62,453 nt of DNA from Bacilli bacterium (lineage in GTDB: Bacteria > Bacillota_I > Bacilli_A > RF39 > UBA660). The position numbers and the translations under genes are program-made. Under the pieces are notes generated by a model that was given only the letters and a program-made list of their open reading frames with translations, did not search any database and was not told where the DNA came from. The stretch covers positions 1 through 62,453 of the forward strand of contig JAFOMI010000005.1 in assembly GCA_017418945.1 (NCBI GenBank), written 5' to 3'. How positions within the stretch are numbered: the stretch's first letter is position 1; each line of letters opens with the position of its first letter. Below, in pieces: positions 32,791 to 40,264 of the stretch.

Positions 32791-32816
32791 TTTTTTTGTG
32801 TATAGGTGAATAATAT

Positions 32817-33221
32817 ATGAATGAAAATAAAATATTAAATGAATTAAATAAACTTTTAAATAAAGCAATAAAGCATAATGAAGTACCAGTTGCAGCATTA
32901 ATAATTTATAAAAACAAAATTATTTCAAAAGCTTATAATAAAGTTAATAAAAAAAATAACATTTTAAATCATGCAGAAATCATAGCAATTAAAAAAGCTT
33001 CAAAAAAATTAAAAAATTGGAGATTAAATGATTGTATTTTATATGTAACATTAGAACCATGTGATATGTGTAAATCAATTATAAAAAAAACTAGAATTAA
33101 AAATATAGTTTATTATTCAAAACAAAATTTAAATAAAACAGAAAATGATCCTATATATTTTTATAAAGAAAATATTATATTTTCCACTTTATTAAAATCA
33201 TTTTTTCAATCAAAAAGATAA
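32817..33221 (+). CDS. tadA: tRNA adenosine(34) deaminase
   Basis: Has CDA-fold zinc motifs (HAE in NHAEIIAI, PCDMC in LEPCDMCKSII). It sits next to ffs and dnaX, as in Bacillus. Confidence 0.88.
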   Translation: MNENKILNELNKLLNKAIKHNEVPVAALIIYKNKIISKAYNKVNKKNNILNHAEIIAIKKASKKLKNWRLNDCILYVTLEPCDMCKSIIKKTRIKNIVYYSKQNLNKTENDPIYFYKENIIFSTLLKSFFQSKR

Positions 33222-33237
33222 TGTTTCACGTGAAACA
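33222..33237. promoter_or_regulatory. parS site 2
   Basis: TGTTTCACGTGAAACA, starting at the nucleotide right after the tadA TAA stop. Confidence 0.8.
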
Positions 33238-33256
33238 TGGTTTCATTTAGTTTTAA

Positions 33257-33272
33257 TGTTCCACGTGAAACA
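33257..33272. promoter_or_regulatory. parS site 3
   Basis: TGTTCCACGTGAAACA, identical to the classical B. subtilis parS 16-mer and exactly 35 bp after site 2. Confidence 0.8.
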
Positions 33273-33291
33273 TAGTTTTATTTTAATTTAA

Positions 33292-33307
33292 TGTTTCACG
33301 TGAAACA
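33292..33307. promoter_or_regulatory. parS site 4
   Basis: TGTTTCACGTGAAACA, exactly 35 bp after site 3. Confidence 0.8.
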
Positions 33308-33414
33308 TACAATACGATATCAATCAATGTTTCATAAAAGAGCAAAACATAGTATTAATTATATTTTATAAATTTTATAAAATTTAAATGCGAAAATTTT
33401 ATTTAAAAAATACC

Positions 33415-33442
33415 AAAAAATATTTCCCGGGAAATATTTTTT
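33415..33442. promoter_or_regulatory. Noc-binding-site (NBS) type palindrome, copy 2
   Basis: A 28-mer, AAAAAATATTTCCCGGGAAATATTTTTT, identical to copy 1. Confidence 0.7.
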
Positions 33443-33455
33443 ATGAATTAGATAG

Positions 33456-33477
33456 TAATGTTTCACGTGAAACATTA
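33456..33477. promoter_or_regulatory. parS site 5
   Basis: TAATGTTTCACGTGAAACATTA, identical to the 22-mer of site 1. It lies 13 nt after NBS copy 2. Confidence 0.8.
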
Positions 33478-33569
33478 CTGTTTTTTTATAAAAAAATAGT
33501 CCAGAAACCCTTTATTTATATAGAATTTTAAACAAAATGTGATATAATTAACATGAAAGGAAAATGTAT

Positions 33570-35225
33570 ATGTTATACCAAGCATTATATAGAAAATATA
33601 GACCTAAAACATTTAATGATGTATGTGGACAAAAAATAGTGGTTCAAACATTAAAAAATACAATTAATTATAACAAATTAACTCATGCTTATATGTTTGT
33701 TGGACCTCGTGGTACTGGTAAAACAAGTATTGCAAAGATATTTGCAAAAACAATTAATTGTGAACATCCAATTGATGGTAATTCGTGTGAAAAGTGTGAA
33801 ATTTGTAAATTATCAAATAATAATGAAAATGTAGATATAATTGAAATGGATGCTGCTTCTAATAATGGAGTGGATGAAATTCGTGAAATAAAAACTCATG
33901 TTACTCTAATGCCAACATTTTCAAAATATAAAGTTTATATTATTGACGAGGTACATATGTTATCATCAGGAGCTTTTAATGCACTTTTAAAAACATTAGA
34001 AGAACCACCAAAACATGTAATATTTATTTTAGCTACAACAGAGCCTCAAAAAGTTCCATTAACAATTCTTTCAAGATGTCAATGCTTTGAATTTAAACCT
34101 ATTCCTTCAAACTTAATGAAAGAAAAAATAAAATATATTTCTAATGAAGAAAATATTGAAATAGAAGATTCTGCGATTGAACAAATATGTATTGATTCAA
34201 ATGGAGGATTAAGAGATGCAATAGGTTTATTAGATCAATTAAATTCTTATACTAATGGAAATATTAAAAAAGAAGATGTCTTATTATTGAATGGAAGATT
34301 AAGTACAGAACAAATAAATAAATTTATAGATTATATATGTGATAACGATATTAATTCTGTTTTTAATTTTAGTAATAAAATTGATGAAGATGGTAAGGAT
34401 TATCAATTTTTTTGTGAAGATATAATTAAATATTTAAAGGATTTATTATTGGATCATCAAATTAATAAGAGAAACGAAATTGTAAGTAAAATAGGAAAAG
34501 ATAATATCATTAATATAATATATTTAATATCAGATTATATAAACTATATAAGAAATGTTAAAGAAAAGAAAATATATTTTGATTTATTAATAATAAAAAT
34601 GTTAGATTTGTTAAATAAAACAAATGTTCGTATTACTGAAACTAAGGAAGTTTCTAATGAATTAAAGAAAACTGAATTAAAACAAGATAATATACAAATT
34701 AAAATTGCTGAAGAAAAGATTGAAGAAAACAAAGAAAAATTAAATCCTAATCAGTCAAATAATTATTATGATTATAAAGAATTAATGAAAATAAGATTAA
34801 ATAATATTTTAAGAATTGCAGATAGAGAATCGTTAAAAGAATATATAGAATTCTTTGACCAATTAGAAGGAAGTTTAGATAATTTAGATGAGAGAAAAAT
34901 ATATAATTTATTATTAGATTGCTCTATTAAGGCTGGTTCTAAAGATGGTATAATAATAACAGCATCTAATGAAAATATACTTAACGAATTATATGATAAT
35001 TTCTTTGATATTGAAAAATTATTTATTAATAAAATTTCTAAAGAATTAAAAGTATGTTTTTACTTAGATTCTGAATGGGATAGTGAAAGAGCTATATATA
35101 TTAAAAAAATAAAAAATAAAGAAAATATTGAAGAATTAGATGAAAAAAATATTTTTGAAAAAATTAAAGATAAAGATAAATCAGAAAATAATGAATTTGC
35201 TGATTTATTAGAGATAGGAGAATAA
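33570..35225 (+). CDS. dnaX: DNA polymerase III subunit gamma/tau
   Basis: Contains YRKYRPKTFNDVCGQ, Walker A (GPRGTGKTS), a zinc module (CEHPIDGNSCEKCEIC), DEVHMLS and SRCQ. The start is ATG 33570 (better SD spacing) or 33564. Confidence 0.95.
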   Translation: MLYQALYRKYRPKTFNDVCGQKIVVQTLKNTINYNKLTHAYMFVGPRGTGKTSIAKIFAKTINCEHPIDGNSCEKCEICKLSNNNENVDIIEMDAASNNGVDEIREIKTHVTLMPTFSKYKVYIIDEVHMLSSGAFNALLKTLEEPPKHVIFILATTEPQKVPLTILSRCQCFEFKPIPSNLMKEKIKYISNEENIEIEDSAIEQICIDSNGGLRDAIGLLDQLNSYTNGNIKKEDVLLLNGRLSTEQINKFIDYICDNDINSVFNFSNKIDEDGKDYQFFCEDIIKYLKDLLLDHQINKRNEIVSKIGKDNIINIIYLISDYINYIRNVKEKKIYFDLLIIKMLDLLNKTNVRITETKEVSNELKKTELKQDNIQIKIAEEKIEENKEKLNPNQSNNYYDYKELMKIRLNNILRIADRESLKEYIEFFDQLEGSLDNLDERKIYNLLLDCSIKAGSKDGIIITASNENILNELYDNFFDIEKLFINKISKELKVCFYLDSEWDSERAIYIKKIKNKENIEELDEKNIFEKIKDKDKSENNEFADLLEIGE

Positions 35226-35227
35226 AA

Positions 35228-35521
35228 ATGAATATAAATCAATTAATGCAACAAGCACAAAAAATGCAAAAAGATATGAAAAAATCGCAAGAAGAAGTTT
35301 CAAATATGATTTTTACTTCAAAACAAGAATTAGTAGAAGTAGAAATGGATGGAAATAAAAAGGTTAAAAAGATTACTATAAATAAAGATATAGAAAAAGA
35401 TGATATTGAAGCATTAGAAGACATGATTCTAATATCTATTAATGATTGTATAAATCAAGTAGATAAAACTATGGAAAACAAATTAGGTAAATATGCAAAT
35501 ATGATGCCTGGTTTATTCTAA
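35228..35521 (+). CDS. ybaB: Nucleoid-associated protein YbaB/EbfC
   Basis: 97 aa starting MNINQLMQQAQKMQKDM, in dnaX-ybaB-recR synteny. Confidence 0.9.
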   Translation: MNINQLMQQAQKMQKDMKKSQEEVSNMIFTSKQELVEVEMDGNKKVKKITINKDIEKDDIEALEDMILISINDCINQVDKTMENKLGKYANMMPGLF

Positions 35522-35522
35522 T

Positions 35523-36125
35523 ATGAAATATCCAAAAAGTTTAACTGAGTTAATTGAATGCTTTAAAAACTTACCTGGAATTGGAGAAAAAAATGCAGAA
35601 AGATTAAGCTATGCAGTGTTAAAGTTTAATGAAGATGATGCAATTAAGTTTTCTGAAGCTATTAAAAATGTTAAGAAGAATATTAAAAAATGTTCTATTT
35701 GCAATAATTTAACTGAAGATAGTGATATTTGTGATATTTGTAATGATGATAATAGAGATTTATCCACTATTTGTGTTGTGGAAAACACAAAAGATCTAAT
35801 TTTGTTTGAAAAATCAAATGCTTTTAAAGGAAAATATCATGTTTTAGAAGGATTAATATCACCACTTGAAGGAATTAATCCAGAAGATATAAAAATTAAT
35901 CAATTAATACAAAGAATAAAAAAGGAAAATATAAAAGAAGTAATATTAGCTCTTAATATGAGTATGGAAGGTGAAACTACTTCATTATATATTACTAAAT
36001 TATTAGAAGGAACTGATGTTTCTGTATCAAAAATTGCTGCTGGTATTCCAGTAGGTGCTGATATGGAATATTTAGATTCTCTAACTATTCAAAGAGCCTT
36101 AGAAGGTAGAAATAAAGTATCATAA
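35523..36125 (+). CDS. recR: Recombination protein RecR
   Basis: Has an HhH motif (LPGIGEKNAERL), a C4 zinc finger (CSICNN...CDIC) and a Toprim domain. Confidence 0.95.
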   Translation: MKYPKSLTELIECFKNLPGIGEKNAERLSYAVLKFNEDDAIKFSEAIKNVKKNIKKCSICNNLTEDSDICDICNDDNRDLSTICVVENTKDLILFEKSNAFKGKYHVLEGLISPLEGINPEDIKINQLIQRIKKENIKEVILALNMSMEGETTSLYITKLLEGTDVSVSKIAAGIPVGADMEYLDSLTIQRALEGRNKVS

Positions 36126-36163
36126 TTTATAATTATTAATAGTATTATATAATAGGTGATATT

Positions 36164-36349
36164 ATGAAATTATTATTTAAAATAATTAAGAAAGTTTCAG
36201 TTAGTATTGGTTTATTATATTCTTATAATATATTTATGAGTCAATATAATATACCAATACCTATAAATATATATACTATTGCAATTACATATGTACTTGG
36301 TATTCCAGGTTTTATAGGATTAATATTATTTTATTTAATTAATTTTTAG
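36164..36349 (+). CDS. bofA: BofA-like pro-sigma-K processing inhibitor (short form)
   Basis: 61 aa with two TM helices. NIPIPINIYTIAITYVLGIPGFIGLILF resembles B. subtilis BofA GIHVPINLVTTAISGILGIPGIAALVVI. Its position after recR matches Bacillus. Confidence 0.65.
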   Translation: MKLLFKIIKKVSVSIGLLYSYNIFMSQYNIPIPINIYTIAITYVLGIPGFIGLILFYLINF

Positions 36350-36362
36350 ATAGAGGGATTAT

Positions 36363-37286
36363 ATGTTAGAAAAATATATGGATGATCAACCAATAGTAAC
36401 AAAATTACTATTAAATAGTTTTAATAATAATAAATTAGTTCAAGCTTATCTATTAATATCAAATGATAAGTCTTTTTTGCTTGATTATTCTATATCTTTT
36501 TCTAAAAAACTTATAACACCTAATTATGATTCTAATATATGTAATATGATAGATAATAATAGTTATCCAGAATTAAAAATAATTAATCCTGTTAATAATG
36601 TTATTAAGAAAGAACAACTTTTAGAATTACAACAATCATTTCAAGTTAAACCAACATTAGGAGAAAAATTAGTTTACATAATTAATGGAGCAGACTTACT
36701 GCATTCATCTTCTGCAAATACAATATTAAAATTCTTAGAAGAACCTAACGATAATATAGTGGCAATATTATTAACTGATAATGTTTCTAAAGTTTTACCT
36801 ACTATTAAATCAAGATGTCAAAATTTAGTATTTAATAACAAAAAGCAGGTTGATGAAAATAAATTAGATTCATTATTTTTATACTATAAAACAAATATTG
36901 ATGATAGTGAAACAAGTAAAGATGATTTTAATTATCTATTAGATAAAACTATAGATTTTATTACTCAAATTGATAAAATAAAAATTAAGGAATTTATACA
37001 TTTTAAAGATTCAATATTTGATGTATTTAAAACAAAAGATTATTTTATTATTATGTTCAATTTTATGTTATATTTTTATTATGATTCATTAAATTATACT
37101 CTTTCTAGAGAATTAGTATATATGAATAAATATCAAAATCAAATTTGCGAATTTACAAATAATAATAAAATAGAAGAATTAATAGAAAAATTAAAAATAA
37201 TAGAAGAAACAAAATTAAAACTTGATACAAATATGAATTTAAAAATGTTAATGGATGACTTTATTATTAAGTATAGTGAGGTGTAA
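36363..37286 (+). CDS. holB: DNA polymerase III delta' subunit
   Basis: An AAA+-like clamp-loader fold with LKFLEEP and SRCQ motifs, upstream of ricT as in Bacillus. Confidence 0.85.
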   Translation: MLEKYMDDQPIVTKLLLNSFNNNKLVQAYLLISNDKSFLLDYSISFSKKLITPNYDSNICNMIDNNSYPELKIINPVNNVIKKEQLLELQQSFQVKPTLGEKLVYIINGADLLHSSSANTILKFLEEPNDNIVAILLTDNVSKVLPTIKSRCQNLVFNNKKQVDENKLDSLFLYYKTNIDDSETSKDDFNYLLDKTIDFITQIDKIKIKEFIHFKDSIFDVFKTKDYFIIMFNFMLYFYYDSLNYTLSRELVYMNKYQNQICEFTNNNKIEELIEKLKIIEETKLKLDTNMNLKMLMDDFIIKYSEV

Positions 37287-37288
37287 TT

Positions 37289-38083
37289 ATGGCAAATATT
37301 GATGTAGTTGGAGTTACATTTAATAAAAATGGAAGAAAATATTATTTTTTACCAAATAATTTAAAATTAAGAGAAGGTTTAACAGTTATTGTTGAAACAG
37401 AAAGAGGATTACAATTTGGATATGTTGTTGAACTAACAACTTTAAATAAAAATATAGATCCTTCATCAATGAAAAATGTAATAAGAGTAAGTACAAAACA
37501 AGATTATAATGATCATAAAAATAATATAAAAGATTCTAAAAAAGCATTTGAAAAATGTAAAGAATTAATTGAAAAAAATGGACTTGATATGAAATTAATT
37601 GATGCAGCTTATAATTTTGAAAGAACACAATTATATTTTACGTATATATCTAATGATAGAGTTGATTTTAGAGAATTAGCAAAGCAATTAGCCGCAATTT
37701 ATAAAGTAAGAATTGAATTAAGACAAATAGGTCCAAGAGATAAAGCAAAAGAAGTTGGAGGACTTGGTCCTTGTGGAAGACCTTTATGTTGTTCTAAATT
37801 CTTATATTCATTTAATAATATAACAATCAATATGGCAAAAAATCAAAATATATCTTTAAATCCAACTAAAATTAATGGAGCATGTAATCGTTTATTATGC
37901 TGCTTAGAATATGAAGATGAAACATATTTAGAAGAAAGAAAAAAATATCCATCAATAGGACAAATTGTTGAAAAAGATGGTAAGAAAGGAAAAGTAATTT
38001 CTGTTGATATATTTAGAAAATCTTATAAAATAGAGACTAAAGAAAAAGAAATTATTGAAGTTTTCCACAATGAAAGTAATTAA
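37289..38083 (+). CDS. ricT: PSP1-domain protein RicT/YaaT
   Basis: Has a PSP1 domain (RIELRQIGPRDKAK) and a Cys cluster (GPCGRPLCC...CNRLLCCL). Confidence 0.88.
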   Translation: MANIDVVGVTFNKNGRKYYFLPNNLKLREGLTVIVETERGLQFGYVVELTTLNKNIDPSSMKNVIRVSTKQDYNDHKNNIKDSKKAFEKCKELIEKNGLDMKLIDAAYNFERTQLYFTYISNDRVDFRELAKQLAAIYKVRIELRQIGPRDKAKEVGGLGPCGRPLCCSKFLYSFNNITINMAKNQNISLNPTKINGACNRLLCCLEYEDETYLEERKKYPSIGQIVEKDGKKGKVISVDIFRKSYKIETKEKEIIEVFHNESN

Positions 38084-38786
38084 TGATTTATTAGGATATA
38101 ATATGAAAATTGTTCAAGATACAGATTATTTTAACTTTTCATTAGATTCTGTACTTTTATATAATTTTTTAAATTTAAAGAAAAATATGAAAATAATAGA
38201 TATATGTTCTGGAAATTGTCCTATTCCTTTATTATTATCAAAAAAAGTTAATAGTAAAATAATAGCAGTTGAATTACAAAAAGAAATATATGAATTAGGG
38301 AAAGAATCTATAGAAATAAATAATTTAAGTAATCAAATTGAGCTTTTAAATATGGATGCCAAAGAATTAACAAAAAAGTATGATACAGATACTTTTGATT
38401 TAATAACATGTAATCCACCATATTTTAAAATAAATGAAAAGACAAAAAAGAATGATAATAAAGTAAAATCAATTGCAAGACATGAAATAGAAATAAAATT
38501 AGAAGATATAATTATAATTGCAAGAAAACTTTTAAAGAATAATGGCAGTTTAGTATTAGTTCATAGACCAGAAAGACTAACTGATATAATTGTTTTAATG
38601 CAAAAATATAATATTTCTCCTAAAAAAATACAATTTATTTATCCAAAAGAAAAAACTGAAAGTAATATGATATTAATTGAGGGAACAAAGAATGGTAATA
38701 ATGCTATTAAAGTAATTGAACCATTAATAATACATGATGATAATGGAGAATATAGAGATGAAATAAAAAAAATATTTACAGAATAA
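38070..38786 (+). CDS. tRNA (adenine-N6)-methyltransferase family protein (YabB/TrmN6-like)
   Basis: Has a SAM MTase fold (DICSGNCPI) and an NPPY motif (TCNPPYF). The start is probably the ATG at 38070, which overlaps the end of ricT. Confidence 0.75.
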   Translation: MKVINDLLGYNMKIVQDTDYFNFSLDSVLLYNFLNLKKNMKIIDICSGNCPIPLLLSKKVNSKIIAVELQKEIYELGKESIEINNLSNQIELLNMDAKELTKKYDTDTFDLITCNPPYFKINEKTKKNDNKVKSIARHEIEIKLEDIIIIARKLLKNNGSLVLVHRPERLTDIIVLMQKYNISPKKIQFIYPKEKTESNMILIEGTKNGNNAIKVIEPLIIHDDNGEYRDEIKKIFTE

Positions 38787-38860
38787 AATGTAAATATTTT
38801 TAATATTAAAATGATAATATATTACTTATGTTATAATAATAAGATAAGAGAGGTGAAAAA

Positions 38861-39703
38861 ATGAGTCAAAAAAGTTATAATGGAAATCCAACTTTATATT
38901 TAGTACCAACTCCTATTGGCAATCTTAGTGATATGACATATAGAGGAGTTGAAACTTTAAATAATTCTGAAGTTATTTTTTCAGAAGATACTAGAGAATC
39001 AAAAAAATTATTAGATTATTTTGATATTAAGAAAAAATTAATACCATGTCATAAATTTAATGAAGATGATGCGTATCTTAAAGTACTTGATTATTTAAAT
39101 CAAGGTTTTGATGTGTCAATTATTACAGATAGAGGAACTCCATGTATTAGTGATCCTGGATATGTATCAGTTTTTAAAGTAATTAAATCTGGTTACAATG
39201 TTGTATGTTTACCAGGTGCGACTGCATTTACACCTGCCTTAGTTAATAGTGGACTTAACCCAAATAATTTCTTGTTTTATGGTTTTTTAAATAGTAAAAA
39301 AAGTGCTAAGAAGAAGGAATTAGAAGAATTAAAACTATTAAAATATACAATTATCTTTTATGAATCACCATTTAGAATTATAGAAACTTTAGAATTAATT
39401 AAAGAAATAATGGGTAATAGAAATGTTAGTATTTCAAGAGAAATAAGTAAGAAACATGAAGAAGTTTATAGAGGAACTATAGAAGAAGTAATAAAAGAAT
39501 TAGAAGAACCTAAGGGTGAATTTGTTATAATTTTAGATGGAAATAAAGACGAAGAAAACTATGATGATATAGATATAATAGATCATATAAATATGCTTGT
39601 TAATAAAGGTATGAGAGATATAGATGCAATTAAAGAAGTATCAAAACTCCATAATATGCCAAAAAATGAAGTATACAAAATGTATTTAGAGGTGAAAAAA
39701 TGA
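38861..39703 (+). CDS. rsmI: 16S rRNA (cytidine1402-2'-O)-methyltransferase
   Basis: Has a tetrapyrrole-methylase fold (LYLVPTPIGNLSDMT, ITDRGTPCISDPG). Confidence 0.9.
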   Translation: MSQKSYNGNPTLYLVPTPIGNLSDMTYRGVETLNNSEVIFSEDTRESKKLLDYFDIKKKLIPCHKFNEDDAYLKVLDYLNQGFDVSIITDRGTPCISDPGYVSVFKVIKSGYNVVCLPGATAFTPALVNSGLNPNNFLFYGFLNSKKSAKKKELEELKLLKYTIIFYESPFRIIETLELIKEIMGNRNVSISREISKKHEEVYRGTIEEVIKELEEPKGEFVIILDGNKDEENYDDIDIIDHINMLVNKGMRDIDAIKEVSKLHNMPKNEVYKMYLEVKK

Positions 39704-40260
39704 GATTAATTGTGGGTCTTGGTAATCCAGGAAAGGAATATGAAAATACAAGACATAATATCGGATTTAATATAATTGATAAATATATTAAAAAGAATAA
39801 TTATAAATTAGATAAAGAAAAATTTAATGGAAGATTCACTAAAATCAATATAAATGGAGAAGATGCAATATTACTTGAGCCGCTTACTTATATGAATTTA
39901 AGTGGTGATTCAGTTAGAAAAGTTATAGATTTTTATAAGATTAAAGTGGATGATATTCTTGTTATTCAAGATGATTTAGATATGCCAGTTGGAAAGATAA
40001 AATTAAAAGAAAAGTCATCTTCTGGAGGACATAATGGAATTAAAGATATAGAAAATAAATTGGGAACTAATAGATTTAAAAGACTAAAAGTGGGTATATC
40101 TAATAATAAATTAATAGATACAAAAGATTATGTTTTAGGAAAATTTAATAAAGAAGAAAAAGAAATACTTGATAAATCATATGATATTTGTTTAAATATC
40201 ATAGAAGATTTTTTTGTTATGAATTTTGATTTATTAATGGGAAAATATAATAAGAGATGA
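39700..40260 (+). CDS. pth: Peptidyl-tRNA hydrolase
   Basis: Contains LIVGLGNPGKEYENTRHNIGF and GGHNGIKDI. Confidence 0.95.
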   Translation: MRLIVGLGNPGKEYENTRHNIGFNIIDKYIKKNNYKLDKEKFNGRFTKININGEDAILLEPLTYMNLSGDSVRKVIDFYKIKVDDILVIQDDLDMPVGKIKLKEKSSSGGHNGIKDIENKLGTNRFKRLKVGISNNKLIDTKDYVLGKFNKEEKEILDKSYDICLNIIEDFFVMNFDLLMGKYNKR

Positions 40261-40264
40261 TAAT

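Noticed and set aside
33221-33360. The 35-bp repeat array considered as a small CRISPR array.
   Set aside because: The repeat is only 18 bp and perfectly palindromic, the spacers are 17 bp, there are only 3-4 units, and no cas genes are nearby. The repeat core is an exact parS consensus, which explains it better.
35766-35780. TGTGGAAAA-type 9-mers inside coding regions considered as additional DnaA boxes. Examples are in recR near 35771, tatD near 44801, murA near 50373, spoIID near 51643 and dnaN near 25800.
   Set aside because: They are isolated and read through as Val-Glu-Asn/Lys codons, which are common in this AT-rich proteome. Without clustering or intergenic location there is no basis to call them regulatory.
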